Assembly: GCA_030264375.1 (NCBI GenBank)
Contig: JASCQW010000027.1
Location: 62,292,814 to 62,356,813, forward strand
From: Carcharhinus longimanus
Taxonomy: Eukaryota
Direction: 5' to 3'
Length of the DNA: 64,000 bases
This document shows, piece after piece, positions 1-14,724 of the stretch (its first letter is position 1; every line of letters starts with the position of its first letter). A program made the translations under genes and the position numbers. A model generated the notes under the pieces. The model had not been told where the DNA came from. It saw only the letters and a program-made list of their open reading frames with translations, and did no database searches.

Positions 1-160
1 ACGCTGAGGGAGAATGTAGCATGGCCAATGCACCTAACCAGCATGTCTTTTGGACTATGGGAGGAAACTGGAGCATCAGGAGGAAACACATGCAGACTCC
101 ACACAGTGACCCAAATAGGGAATTGAATCCAGGGTCCTGGTGCTGATCACTGTGCCACCC
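1..160 (-). mobile_element. HE1-like V-SINE (partial, at window edge)
   Basis: Reverse complement of the V-domain (gtgtggagtctgca...gtttcctcc...tttcctccca.agtccaaaag). Confidence 0.85.
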
Positions 161-3100
161 CTTTATTTGCCAACTCCATCAGTTTAGTTTTTGACACTTT
201 AAACTTGCTACAGTTAGATTGTTTACTTCCAGGTAAGCTCAAACTACCTCCACAGTCATTGTGCAGCCTTCCTATTTTAAATAGCATGTTCTCACTTGGT
301 TGCATGTGGTCCTCACTCTCAGTGTGTTCAAAGTCAAAAATCTCCTACACCCAAGAGATTTTAGCTTTTTCGAATACCAGACTTGAGCCCCAATTTTTTG
401 TCACAAACCTGGCAGATGTTAACTGCAAGGGTGTCCCTAGTTGGAAACACGAGTTTAGTTTGTGGTGATGTATAGTTTTGTCTACAGGAACTGTGTGATA
501 CCCAGTGAAAACAGTAACTAGCCCAGTCATTGTATACAGTTTATTAAAGACTATTTATTACAGTAAAGAAAAGACAAATATACATGAACAGTAACCTACC
601 CATATACATACAGTTTAGGTAGGAATTACTCTACTGATCCAAAGTACATTTACGAGATCTGAACTCTTATAGGGCTTCCTTCTTCCCAAACAACATCAAA
701 TTCAATTGTTCTAAAAGTAAAGGCCAGCTTATAGTTACCACTGTGTATATGATCGAGCAGTTATTCTGGGGAAAATCTCTTTTAGGTTCAGCGAAGATTT
801 GGGTTTTAACTGCCTTCACAATGGTATTCTGCACACTTGCTTCTGGTCTGCTAACCAGCCCAGCTTACAGGCTGCTAGCTGGACTCCGTTTCAAGGTACT
901 AGATGGACACTGCCGTCTGCTTCCACAAAAAGGTTGCCAAATATTATTGTTTGCCTTTGAAGAAATTGTCTTTGTCAACCTATTGGGAGCATCGTATGAG
1001 TGGGAGAGGGAGGGTTTGATTCATTCTCATTTGGTTGTGAGCCAGAAGTGAGTGGAAGGGTGGGAACGTTAGCAATTGGGGGGTGCTGGCTCTGATTGTT
1101 TGGTGGGGGGTGGTAGAATGGAGGGGCTGCCGATGGATGCAATTGGGGAGGAGGTTAAAGAATACCAATTTTGATGGGAGGGGAGCCTTTGATNNNNNNN
1201 NNNNNNNNNNNNNNNNNNNNNNNNNNNNNNNNNNNNNNNNNNNNNNNNNNNNNNNNNNNNNNNNNNNNNNNNNNNNNNNNNNNNNNNNNNNNNGAGTTAT
1301 CCAGGTTCTGGTCGGGGTGCCCTTTAAAAGATGGTGCCCTGATCTCTGCGCACTCGAGTTTTGGTGGTCTCTTTGGGCCTCAACTCTATGACAGAATGAA
1401 ACTTGCCCCTCTTTTTTTTGGCAGAGTGTCTTAAGATTGGCAGAGAAATCTGACCGGTTTCTCTGGAGAGAAACATGCCGGTTTTCTGTTTGGAAACAGC
1501 ATTGCCATTTTTTTGCTAAGATTCTCAACATTAACATATGTATATCTTCCTTGAATGCTACCATTGTCTACCTCAAAGTACTTCCTTTTAGTAGGAGCAT
1601 GTATTTTATTTTAGGCTGTCTATAACTGCTAACCTTGTTGCATCCTGTGAAATACCTTTTGAAACGCTGGTGGTTTCCAACCTGCTGGCATGTTCGTGAC
1701 AGTGGTGCCTATGCATCTTTACAACATGATTGTGAACTATTAGACCAATACCACATGTTACCCTTAAATGGCAAACTGCATGCCTTTAAAATTGCTGCCT
1801 TACCAGGTTTTGTGCTTTGCCCAATTACTGTACTGTGTCATCAGCCCATTCAAATAAAATGATAGATACTGAAAACAGAATCTGCTATGGTCTAGCCTAT
1901 GTGCTGCAAAATGAAGCTCATTTTGGATTATAATATGTGAGCCAATAGAATTGCTAAAATGCCAGTAGGAATGCTCTTCAGGGAAGCATGCTAAGTTAGG
2001 ATAACTGATCTCTACGAAATAATTAATACAGCTTATCAATCTAAATTTGATGTATTCAGTAAGTTTTGGCAAATATGGAATTGAAAATCAAGTATATTTT
2101 AGTGAGACTTTTTCTTGCAAATTTCCCAATATAATCTTAGGCATCTGTTCATTTTCCCTCAGTTTGCAGGGCTGCTTATCTGATAGGAAGGGTTACATTT
2201 GTTGTTTTTACAGTGCTCCAATGACAAATGAGAAGAAACAGGATACTTTGGAAGAAGAGGTGCACTTATATTTAATATTTAGCTGCGGATTCATCTTTGT
2301 AGAGGTGGTCAATTATAAAAAGAATTAATGAAGAATGCATCACTACCAGAAAGGTGAAGGATCCTTGCTGCCTGTCTAATTACCCATGCCTTCAGCGTTC
2401 TGATGATTCTTTTTTTTGAAAGGAAACATTACCAACCTTTCCTGGAACACAGTCTGTCTTGTCCTTTGGAAAAAAAATAGCAGTGAAGTCTGGATTATTC
2501 CAGCTGTCAAGTTTTTTTAACATTTAGGGATGTTTCAGGGAGCGGTGACATTGCATTCTTAATCTTCTAGGATCCGGTAGTTGGAAAGTTAGCACTTTCT
2601 GCAATATACTTGCTGGTCTATTTTACTAAATCTCCATCTCAGGAAGATTCTCAGTGAAAGGTAGACAGACGAAGTGATTCATGGAGTTATTGAAAATATG
2701 CTGAAGGGGATTAACTATATCCACAAAGCTGTACATCCTTTCTGTCAATGATACCACATATGTGAATCGGAGCAGTACTGTATACACTGCTAAATGGTGT
2801 TTTGCTAAAGGCAAGTGACGTAGAGGAGAACTATATTCATCTAATTTTGTCACATAATCAGAGAGACCTTCATGATTACTTTCAACATTTCTTGAGGTTA
2901 TTTTTCATCTTCAGTGTTTCCTGCACAGAGCTTCAAATGTCAGAAGTGCGTGTTCGAAATTTAGCATGCCATGATACTCAGTTCATTAACTTGATATGTA
3001 AGTAGCGAATCATGCTTCAATTGAATTCCTGTAGTCACTTGCCGAAGAGGTGATGTTTTTCTGGACCTTGTCCTGTTCTCTCACAACATAGTCTGTGCAC

Positions 3101-4151
3101 TTTCAGTAGAGGTCACTGGATAGTCATCTGTGGCATAACCGCTGGATGATTCTTTTCCTCCCTACCCTGGGGACATTGTGGTTAATTGTGCTCAGCTAAC
3201 AGTGAGCAGCAAGAGGATGTGCCTCAACTTCTATTCAGCCTAGATTTTACAAGTATATCACAATTAGTATTGCACTTGGGCCAAGAGCTTAAAGGGCTGC
3301 TGCTCACAATTAAATGAGATTTCAAGAGTGCACCAATGAAATTAGGGAAGGCTATAGTATTTAGACATGATTCCCACAAAACCCACCAATAGAGGATGCT
3401 ACCCATTAGAGGCACAAGCAATCTAGGTGAAGGTCCATGAACAAGTCATTGCAATATGGAACTACTTGCTTCCACCAGGAAAAGTGCCATAATAAATGTC
3501 TGCACTTAAAAGGCATGATACCTTGGTAAATACCTTGCACCTTTAGAAATACAATATGCAAACACATATTACCTTTATTGCACTGCTGCTTCACACTATA
3601 CAGTATGGAAGGCTCATTTGCAGGTGTCATGTGTTTTACGTAATAAGTGCAAACAATTATACAATTATTTGCACTTTTCCCAATACAAGCAAGATGTTTG
3701 CAGAGGGGCAAAGTACTAGTATTCACATCACAGTTCATAGGTCAATTCTGATTTCTTTCAGCAAAATCACCATCAGTTTCTCAGTCATCCAATGTTTCTT
3801 CTCCTTTCAATTATGCAGGAACTTTAGAATATTATCTTGCATCAATACACCAAATAAAATTAAGATCTTTCAGAAATCTTTTCAGCTATTATTGCACCTT
3901 GAAATCCAAGAATGGGCACCAGTATTTCCAGGATTTTGCTCTTGAGTCAGGCTTCTTAATGGTATAATTTTAATGAAATATTCTTTTCTCCTTCATCTAT
4001 TAATATGTGCCTTATTTTCCTCAATAGTACATAGCTTAATTATAATTGGTGTTGAATTTGATGTTATAGTGATAGGTGTTCCTCAGAGGATTCTAAATGT
4101 GCTGTTCAATTGAGGTGAGGTAGAGAAGTTTGTAAAAGGCCAAAAAGACAG

Positions 4152-4491
4152 GGTGGCATGGTAGCACAGTGGTTAACACAGCTGCTTCACAGCTCCAGGG
4201 ACCTGGGTTCGATTCCCAGCTTGAGTCACTGTCTGTGTGGAGTTTGCACATTGTCCTCATGTCAGTGTGGGTTTCCTCCAAGCGCTCCAGTTTTCTCCCA
4301 CAGTCCAGAGATGTGCAGGTTAGGTTGATTGGCCATGCTAGAATTGCCCCTTAGTGTCCTGAAATGCATAGGTTAGAGGGATTAGCAGGTAAATATGTAG
4401 GGTTATTGGGGTAGGGCCAGGGTGGGAATGTGGTCAGTGCAGACTTGATGGGCTCACTGGCCTCCTTTTGCTCTGTAGGATTTCTATGATT
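4152..4491 (+). mobile_element. Full-length HE1-like V-SINE with CR1/HER1-type tail
   Basis: tRNA-like A box (tagcacagtgg) and B box (ggttcgattcc), V-domain gtgtggagtttgcacatt..gtgggtttcctcc, tail ggcctcctt..gctctgtaggatttctatgatt. Confidence 0.9.
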
Positions 4492-4907
4492 GAGATTTTG
4501 GGTCATTTGACCAAATCTGTAGTTATTCTCTGGTCTACATTTAAAAACAATCCACACACCTACCTGCTCATGTCAGACAAGATCTGTGTTTCATCATTTT
4601 TGGTCCACAACATAGGCTTGTGATACATTTAACAATAATCTGTAGAAAATATATGGGTTAGGAGTGGCTATTGAAGCTTTCTGGCAAGTGCACAGAGAAG
4701 CCACAATTGAAGAGCAAAACCTCAAAAACGATCTTGAGAGAATGGGACAGTACTCCTGCTCCTGGAGGTCACAGTGCAAAGAAGAGTCACTCTTTCATTG
4801 CCAGGTTTCCTGACCCAAGAACCCATATGAAAGCATCACAATTGTCTTTTAGATGTGCTTAATGATGTTCCTGTGGTTAGATGCTACACAAAAAAACTTT
4901 TGGGTTG

Positions 4908-5158
4908 CTACAAAGTTAGTTTAACGTCTGTAGTTGGAAAAATGCTAGAATCCGTCATCAAAGAAGAAATAGCGAGGCACCTAGAAAAGANNNNNNNNNN
5001 NNNNNNNNNNNNNNNNNNNNNNNNNNNNNNNNNNNNNNNNNNNNNNNNNNNNNNNNNNNNNNNNNNNNNNNNNNNNNNNNNNNNNNNNNNGAATGGCAGG
5101 GCAGGGTCGAAGGGCTAGATGGCCTACTCCTGCTCCTGCTCCTATTTCTTATGTTATT
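4908..5158 (+). mobile_element. Young CR1/HER1 LINE collapsed into an N gap
   Basis: VSLTSVVGKMLESVIKEEI before the gap; CR1 3' tail ggcctactcctgctcct..tttcttatgtt after it. Confidence 0.85.
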
Positions 5159-5637
5159 ATGTAAAGAGTCCTGATGTCCATACTGTGCACTTGAATAAAT
5201 TAAAATCAGAAAGTGTAGTAAAATGTCAGGCTCCAGTAATGTCTGAGAAAGAAACGGTGGTGGGTTTGGCAGAGGAGGGGAGAGGAGGCGGGGGGTTGCA
5301 AAACGTGATCGGTTGGCATGGGAAATAACATGAACTAGTACAAAAACTGTACATTCATACAGATTTTTATGACTTGCAAATCCATTAGTATGACTTGTTT
5401 CACATTGCAGTATTATGGCACGTAATAAATCAGAAGCACTTTGTGTCAGGCAATTGCATTTCCTGAGCTAAATGTAACAGAATTCAGTACAGATGTCATT
5501 TAAACCTTTTAGTGCAAATTCCTTGTTAGCAGTTGTATTTTCTTGGAATGTGTCATTCCAATTGGTCATGTAAGTTAATAGAAGCAAATTGATAAATTTT
5601 ATCTGTATTCATACTGCATATTTATTGCTCTTAATCC

Positions 5638-5816
5638 TGGGCCAGAGTTTTCTGGCCGTTCCCTGCTGTGGGTTTCCCAATGGTGAGAGGTGAATGGTGA
5701 ATTCAATGGGAAACCCCATTGACAAGGACGGGACCAAAAGATCCTGCTACTGGACAATGGCAAGTCACCTCCGCTGCTGTGAAACAAGTGGCAGGGTGCA
5801 AGGAAAATCCTGATCC
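5638..5816. repeat. Short GC-rich MITE-like repeat with imperfect terminal inverted repeats
   Basis: Ends gggccagagttttc / gaaaatcctgatcc; internal ccattgac..gggac..aagatcc shared with 50768-50878 and 62002-62138. Confidence 0.5.
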
Positions 5817-6597
5817 AGATGCTTTATTCCATTAAAAGAATACAGACAACAAAGCCAATGTAGTTCTAGATCTCCAACATAATGAAATGCAAAATTCAGT
5901 AAATGAATAATTGGAAAATGGAACTGATAACATGTAGATCTTGCATTCAGTTCAAAGGATTTGAGAAGATGATCTGTTTTGCAATATTCTCAAACCAAAG
6001 ACCTGTTCTCAGTTGAATGCTAATTGTGAAAATTCCACTTTTGGATGTCATAGTTTTCCCACTGCACCCCACATTTTTCTAATGTAACTGTATTGAGTAT
6101 GGTATCAAATACTGTATTTTAAACACAAATTTAGCCAATTATTGGAGATCAAATTCCATTAGTTTTGGATAACTCTGCTATTTTGTGATATTTGAAGTTT
6201 GTTATGGTGACCAATGCCATATGTTACAGCCCAATCAGAAATTACCAACTCATTTAAGATATAAATCTTAGGTACGATATGCACACAAATGGTTTCTATC
6301 AATGAAAGTTATGACAAAAATGGAACAAATATATCAATGAAAAATTGTTTGCAAGTTTGTGGAAAAGCAAAACACATGACTTTTTAATTTTGAAAAGATG
6401 AGATAAAAATTGTGGAAAACAAGTTACTTATTCCAAGATTAAAATTATGAACATAATTAAAGTTTTGTGAAGCAAAGATTGTGGAATTTCCCCCAAATTG
6501 CACTGTGTGCTGGAGCAGGCATGAAAAGATGTGTGAAATTCAATGGATTTACAGCTGTCTATACCACCATGATTAGACAGCACTCTGTGCAATTTCA

Positions 6598-7500
6598 AAG
6601 ATGTGGAATTGCTGGCATTGGACTGGGGTGGGCTCAGAAAGAAGTCTCTCAACACTGGGATAAAGTCCAACAGGTTTATTGGGAACCTGAGCTTTTGGAG
6701 CACTGCTCCTTCCATCTGGTGAGTGCAGAATTTGTTTCACAGACAGGGTATGTATGGACACAAACTCAATTGCAAGATAATGGTTGGAATATGAGTCCTA
6801 ACAGTTGGTAATCAAGTCTTTACAGGTGCAGACAATGTGGGTGGAGAGAAAGTTGAGCCTGGGTTAAAGAGATATGAATTATCACAAGCCAGGACAGTTA
6901 GTGAGGTTTTACCAGCCCAGGTAAGTCGTGGGGGTTATAGATAGTGTGACATGAACCCAAGATTTCGGTTGAGGCCGTCCTCATGTGTGCAGAACTTGGC
7001 TAACAGTTTCTGCTCGGTGACTCTGCATTGTCGTGTGTCTTGAACACCGCCTTGGAGAACACTTACCTGAAGATCAGAGGTTGAATGCCCTTGATTACCT
7101 AAGTGTTCCCCAATAGGAAGGGAACACTCCTGCCTGGTGGTTGTCGAGCTGTCAGTGTCTGCATGGTCTCACTAATGTACCATGCCTGCAGCGTATCAGG
7201 TAAATAACGTTGGCCGAGTCACAAAAGTATGTACCATGTACCTGATGGATGGTGTTCTCACGTGAGACGATGGCATCTGTGTCGATGATCAGGCACATCT
7301 CGTAGAGGTTGCCGTGGCAGGGTTATGTGGTGTTGTGGTCACTGTTCTCCTGAAGGCTGGGTGCTTTGCTGCGTACAATGGTCTGTTTGAGGTTGTGCAG
7401 TTGTTTGAAGGCAAGTTGTGGGGATGGCTTGGCGAGATGTTCGCCTTCACCGATGACATGTTGGAGGCTCTGGAGAAGATGGCGTAGCCTTGAAATATCA
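6598..7500 (-). mobile_element. Penelope-like retroelement 3' portion: GIY-YIG endonuclease remnant plus terminal repeat
   Basis: Minus strand translates PCHGNL..C.IIDTD...CDSANVIYLIRCR..WYISET...EQKLLAKFCTHEDGLNRNLGFMSHY; 6598-6722 is the same terminal repeat seen at 26822, 52451, 61414 and 63596. Confidence 0.85.
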
Positions 7501-9645
7501 AAATGAATATCTCTCACACACACACGCAGGACACCTCCTCTAAAGGGGGCAAAACGAGTCACCCCTATACCCAGAGTTCCAGGGGACAGTGTCAGGACAC
7601 TGACCTGTCATGTCCCTCACCAACCGGCGGTTGTACTTCTCTCCACACCCCCAGCATGGTCATCACAATTGGTTTTTGTCTTTGAAAACAAGTAGTGACT
7701 CCCACCAGGGTGACATTATGCCGACAGGGCGGAGCATCTCATGATCATAGACACAATGGTGTTAAAATGTATAGTGAGATTTATATCCATTTAACGTCAA
7801 GGAAATCAGGTTGAGATCCTTTCTGGGCGTGGACCTGATTATATCATCGGTGGAGGGACAGGGAAGACCTCAAACTGAGATCTCGCTGCTGCAAATCCTG
7901 TTATGGCCATAGCGGGATTTGTATCCATGGCGAATGGGCCCAGAGAATCGCACCCTAAGTGTCAAATTAATTTATAAAGCCTATTACTGAAATGAAAGCA
8001 ATGTTTGAAATAATTATTAAAACTAATTTTTCAGACAACAATAATTAATGTTACTTCAAAACAGATAGCTTTCCAACATAGGTGCATGATACAAGAGGGT
8101 AGCTGGTTGACACTGGTAGGTTACTCAATCCCTTTAGTCAAAAACTCAATGCATTTCAAGGGTTTGCTCTGCTTAAGATATTTCAAATGAACTGCATATC
8201 CTGCATGGGCCTCCTGCTGTCAGCTGTCTCTGCTTCAGTGCCATTTCAAGGAGCAATCCTGCTTGGGGGGCCGGAAAGGTCAGAGGGCTACTCATGCTTC
8301 TCCTGGCTCCAGAAAAATAATTCTAACACTTATTCTGTTACAGTACCACTAGAGTTTATTGAACAGAGTCTCTATTGTACATACTCTGCCCAGCAGGCTG
8401 TTAAAATTATATCAATGCATGTCTTAGGATCCTGATTTGCATAGAGTAATGAGGATCCTGCAACTTAAAATATATATATATATGCAAATATATTTTCAAG
8501 ATGAAACACGTATATCCAAGATGAAGCACAGTGTTATAAAGAACCATTCTGCCCAAATGACAATAGAAAACATAATATCCATTTTGAATTTCAAACAGAA
8601 TAGTAACAAATTTTTTGCATAAAAGTAATTGCAATGTTTCAGCAATACATATATAAAGTTAACAGCTTTGCATCAAATATGAATCTTCCACACTATTACT
8701 TTCAAAGTGTGGTTTCAGTGAATCCTAGGTGAAATGTTATAGCAACATATCTGTAAGGTAAAAACGAGTGAGTGGTTGAAATTAAGTTTTTTTTGTTCTA
8801 TTGTCATCAGATAAGTATCTGACTGAAATTGGGTGAATCAGAATGAGTTTGATTCAGTGGATAGGTATAAAGTAAACACAAAGGTGAGCAATCAAAACTC
8901 TTTTTTTTTCCAACTAAAAATGCTTTACTAACAATTGACAGAAAATAGACCACCAATTCACTAAAATACATGGTTGAATTTGATTTCAGGATGTTAATTA
9001 TTTGGAAATCAAAGATAACCCTAGCTTCTTTTATCCACCACAAATGCTATAGTTAATCATCCCTCCTTCCTCATTCCACACTTGCCTTCAAGAAAAACCA
9101 TTAGGTGTCATGGATTTTTTTTTTTGTCTGAGGCCATCTGTTCAATTAGTTCTGCTGCACTTCATAGTTGATCCACTAAGCCTATGTTCCCATCTACCCA
9201 GCCCTCTTCCAAACTCTAGTCCAGGATACTGTAGCCTAGAAATCAATTTGAAAAAGTTGCTTTAAGCTTCAGTTCTTGAGATGGACTTAATTTTCCTATA
9301 TTTTGCCAATTCCTTGGTTTACTAATTGTGCAGAGTCCATATCAAACATTGAAGGCTTATTTGGCTTCAGAACAACACATTTGGCGTTTACTTGGAACTG
9401 GCGATTTCGTATTAACACCTCTTTATGCAAGGAGCAATAGAAGTTTTGCGCTACCTTCCACTAACAAAATTGATGCTGCATCACATTACCTTGAAAAGTG
9501 ATATTGATGGTTTGGTAGATTTTTGTTAGCGAGCAATATTAAGGGATATGGTACAGAGCCTGCTATATGGAATTAGGTCCATGATCTCAATGGTAATCGC
9601 ATTAAATGATGAAACTGCTCTAATGGCTAGATGACCAACTTGTTT

Positions 9646-9957
9646 CTATAGAGCCCCTCTAGTGCAGGAGGAGGCCATTTGTCCCATTGAGTCTGCACCA
9701 ACCATAATCCCATCCAGGCCCTATCTCCATAACCTGATGCATTTACACTAGCTAGTCCCCTGACACTAAGGGGTAACTTAGCATAGCCAGTCCACCTAAC
9801 TGGCACATCTTTGGACTGCAGAGGAAATGGGACCACCCGAAGGAAACCCACACAAACAAGGGGAGAATGTGCAAACTCCACACAGACAGTGACCCGAGCT
9901 GGGAATCGAACCCAGATCCCTGGAGCTGTAAGGCAGCAGTGCTAACCATTGTGCCAC
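9646..9957 (-). mobile_element. HE1-like V-SINE
   Basis: Reverse-complement copy of the 4152 element. Confidence 0.9.
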
Positions 9958-11551
9958 ATAAATGACTGATAGCAAAACAGAGCCTTCTATTATCTGCTGC
10001 AGATTTCATCATCCTCTCTCCCCACATAATAATAAAAGGGGTCAAAAGCAGGGGAAACTATTATTGGGAGCACAGCAAAGATAATTGAATTTCCCATCAT
10101 CTTGAAAAACACCATGTAAATCAACCTGTAAGGATTCACAGAATTACCATGTACCTAATTATTTTCAAGGGCTGCTTATATTCAAAGTGTAATAATTTTA
10201 AGAATTTATTTTCAGGAAAAGTTTTAGATACTGGTTTCTAATAACATCAGAGCACACTGTTGTCCCTTTGAAATATGCTCCATAAAGCTAATCACATGGT
10301 AATGCAGTGTCAACGTATTTAAATTTAGTGTGGTAATGATGTACTGAAACATACAAGGATCAAGGAGATGGCAAGTTCTAAATGAAGTCCGGAGGGCAAC
10401 AGAGAAAGTTATTGATTCCTTAGCCCAGATTGTTGCAAAGTTTGACATCCAAGATCTATCCATTATTTTTACATATCTGTGGATTCCTAAGTCCTGCTTC
10501 CACTTCCAACAAATGTATTTTTTTCCCATGACCCAATATCTATTAACATGTAATTTCTTTCAGAATTTGAATCTATACCAGATCCAGGAAAATCTAATAA
10601 AGACTTCTTTGTAAAAGCTATAACAGAAAATTGGCTGGATTTTGGCAGCCATGGTGTGCCGTTCAAGTTGGGAAATTTCTTTAGTTTTGCTTAGCGGTGC
10701 AGATTGGGGCAGCGGGGACGGCAGGTATGGGATGGAGTTGGAGCTGCTGACCCAGTAAGCAGAACATAGGTGGCCACAGGAATAGATAAATGCTGAGAGA
10801 GATTGGTGAGCAGGCCCTCTAGCCTTCACCTCTTAACTCACCCCATGCAGGTCCATTGCTTCTTATACCCTCATACTAATTCATGGCCTTCTACACCCCC
10901 TTGCCAACTCAACATCTGCTGATGACCCCACCCATCCCCATTAGTGCTTTATATTGCAAATGTCAACTCTTACTCCCCATCCCCTTGGTGTCTCATGCTT
11001 GGTCATTCATGCCCTCTATGCCAGCTGCGTAGCTGGTCACCCAGTATCCACCATTAGTTGACCTCTGGAGCCTTGTGGAAAAATAAATGTTTAAAAATTT
11101 AATACAAAGCTCACTCCTATATAAGATTTAAATCTAATGTGATTTTTCAATATTAAGTGGTTAACCTATTACAAAGACAAACTTGTGTTTGGACCCCACA
11201 AAGACAGCTAATCCTTTAATAGCGTCTTTAAATTGTCAATTAAATATGAATTTTGATCTCCCGTCTGAGAACATTTGAAATGCAGCCAAGCGTTCATAAG
11301 AATATGATAGCTCTTAGGGAAATGTGAACAATAAACCTTATTGAAACCGCAGGACCATATGTTGCATTTTTTTTAAAACTTGCAACAGAGGATGTTTTCA
11401 ATTCTATGACAGCTTCAGTCTTTTTTTTAGCTTAAAGAGTAGGGGATTTTAAAAAAAAACTTCAGTTCATTACAGAAAAACAGACCTTAGCAGTCCTTGA
11501 AGGTTTGCATCTGTGCCATCAATTTATGACACTCATTGTGATTTGAGTTCA

Positions 11552-12475
11552 TTTATTATTATCACATGTATTAGTATACAGTGAAAAGCACTGTTTCTTG
11601 CACGCTATATAGAGAAGGAGAGAGTATAAAATGCAGTGTTACAGTCTTAATAGCTAGGGTGTAGAGAAAGATCAACTGAATGAGAGGTAGGTCCATTCAA
11701 AAATCCGATGGCAGCAAGGAAGAAATTGTTCTTGTATCCTCAGACTTTAGTATCAATTTCCTGATAGAAAGAGTACGTCCGGGGTGTATGGGGTCCTTAA
11801 CTATGCTAGCTACTTTTCTGAGATAGAGAGTGTCAATGGGTGGGAGAATGGTTTGAGTGATGGACTGCGCTTCATTCATGACTCTGTTTCTTGCGGTCTT
11901 GGACAGAGCAGGAGCCATACCAAGCTGTGATACAACAAGAAAGAATGCTTTCTGTGTGCATCTGTAAAAGTTGGTGAGAATCTTAGCAAACATGCCAAAT
12001 TTCCTTAGTCTTCTGAGAAAGTAGAGGCATTGGTGGCTTTTTTAACTATGGTATTGGCATGGAGGGACCAAGACAGGTTGTTGGTGATTGGGACCATTTC
12101 TACTTTGACCCCATTGATGTAGATAGGGACATGTCCTCCAGTAGGCTTCCTGAAGTCAATGACTATCTATCTCCTTCGTTTTGTTGACATTGAGGGAGAG
12201 ATTGTCACCACACCAGTTCACCCGATTTTCTATTTCATTCCTGTACTCTGTCTTGTCATTGTTTGAGATCTGACCCACTACAATAGTGTCATCAGAAAAC
12301 TTGAAAACCAAGTTGGAGAGGAATTTGGCCATACAATCATAGGTGTATAAGGAGTATAGTAGGGACTGAGGAAACAGCCTTGTGTGGAGTACCAGTGTAG
12401 AGGATGATTGTGGAGGAGGTGGTGTTATTTATCCTTTCTCATTGTGATCTGTAGGTTAGGAAGTTCAGGCTGTGG
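11552..12475 (-). mobile_element. Rex1/Babar-like LINE 3' fragment
   Basis: LTNFYRCT...RVMNEAQSITQTILPPID...KVASIVKDPIHPG; 3' end ttttcactgtatactaatacatgtgataataataaa. Confidence 0.78.
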
Positions 12476-14724
12476 GTTAAGGCTACTGCAACAACCAAAA
12501 TGGACTGTGTTTGAACTCAGCCTCAACCCCTTTCCCATACTGGCAAAAGTATGGTTGCCTCTTAACTGCCTTCAGTTCAAGAACAATCACGAATGGGCTA
12601 CAAATATTGGACTTGCTAGTGATGTCCACGTTTTGTGGAAGAATGAAGAAAAAATGGATTTGAGAGAAATGGGGGCAGAACTTTGACATCCAGGCCCTGA
12701 CCACCATTTTTTAAATGTCTGTGGATTCCTAACATTGCTAAAAATCTGGCCCCAGTCAATAACAGTCTGTTCCCCACTGAACTTCAGTCACTTAAAAGTT
12801 GGAGTTACAAGGAGAAGCTTTTTGTGTGCTCATTAATTAGAATAGAATGGAAAGCAGTTTAACTACAGAACAACTTACTAGCCCAATCCTATAATTCAAC
12901 TTAATTGTGTCACAATGCATGTTGGTGAAATTAGAGTGCAGTGTGTCATGGTAATTTCAATAGCCTGGCTGTTGCTCCACAACACAATTCTAATCTGCTA
13001 AGGGGTCCGCGAGGTGCCAATGTCTATCTACCACACACTTTCACAGTTTTTGATTAGTTGGACTGACTTGTTAGGCACAATGTGGGAGATGGCACTTTCA
13101 AAGATCTGACCCAAATTGAGGCCCCAAACAGTAGAATTTTTAAGTGTTATAATTGACTTGGCCAAACATATTATGTTCAATTTCTTCCTCCTTCCTCCAC
13201 AGATCTTTTCTAAAGATTCTGACCATGAAGGGGCATACAAAACTGATGGACAGAAAAGGAGCACTGAGTCCATCTAGCCTGCCTCACACCATGATGCTGG
13301 AACAACATGATTTAAATAATTCCATCCCATCCTTTTTCCTCATCCCCACTGTTGCCTGCCGCAGTCTGTTTTAACCCTTATATGGTGGACAAATAATGAG
13401 TAGACCTCTTATCAGTACAACCAATATTTATTTAAACCCACATAATCAATAATCACCCACCTGCCCAATAATAAATTATTTTACAGAAAATACTAGAATT
13501 CAAGTCCAANNNNNNNNNNNNNNNNNNNNNNNNNNNNNNNNNNNNNNNNNNNNNNNNNNNNNNNNNNNNNNNNNNNNNNNNNNNNNNNNNNNNNNNNNNN
13601 NNNNNNNNNNNNNNNNNNNNNNNTGCCACACCGATCTCTGGGTGTGACACCAGTGGCCATGTCTGTAGGTGCTGGAGGCACATAGGTCACATACCTCCCT
13701 CCTAAATAATGGGTCACAGTGTCCTTACGTCTGGTACACAACCCAGTGTGACCAGAAAATCTCTTTCATCCTGGAGATGACCCATATCCTGTTTATTCAC
13801 TAGTCAGGGTTGCAGCCTGTTTATCTCTGTCTTTAAACTGCAGCCTGTCATTTTAGTTCTTGGCCAATTGTCCCAGAGTGCTTTACAAATTACCATTTTA
13901 GATGGCCCATTTGGCCACACCGCTATCATGCAATTTCAGTGGCGAGGGAAAACAAAAAGACATATTATAAAGCAGTACAATAAGTATGAACAAGTACTCC
14001 CTCCATTATTTTAACACTAATACATTGCAAAAAATCATATCTTTCGAAATCTCCAATTTTGAAAGTGAATTTGGCAATGGGGAAAATTACAGTTATAATA
14101 CAGAAAAATTTAATGCAATTTAATACCTATTTTGAGGGTTGCACCTCAATGTGTGGAAAGAAAATGATTTTAAAAATGTCTGGCAATGTTAAATAAGGGA
14201 ATAATATTGAGAAACCCCTTCTAAGGACTCGGTTGCATATTACAAGGCATAACAAACAGCTAGAATACTATAGTATATGTAGCCACAGGGAATTCTCCAC
14301 TGCAAAACTTCTAATGTATCTAATCGTAGTACACCTTGCTATTCTAAGTCAATTACGAATGAGAATATGTTCATGTAATTGGTGTGAAAACTACTGGTAT
14401 TCCTAGGAGATTTTGTATCACAAATGTTGTAAATAACCAGAGGAAAAGGAATGTCAAATGTCTGTAATATCATAACTTTCGTGTATGATGCAATTTCTAT
14501 ATATTCTGACCTGTCAAAAGGTGAAGCTATAAAACGCTGCATTCGTTAATCTTAAGAGGTATGAAATCTGAAATACTTTTTCACATAAGACTTTCATATA
14601 CCTGGTGGGAATTTCCTGTTAAATATGAACAGAACAATTATGCTGTAATGTACTTTTTAAACGACACCATGTCTGTCAAAATCAGGGCCTCTTGAAGAAA
14701 ACAAATCTCAATGAAATCTCAAAA

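Noticed and set aside
4152-4225. tRNA-like A/B boxes here and in other copies
   Set aside because: They are SINE heads continuing into the V-domain, not tRNA genes.
13375-13745. Possible small solo LTR with ACCC flanks
   Set aside because: Interrupted by a gap, lacks a TG start at the implied boundary, and a 4-bp match is weak.
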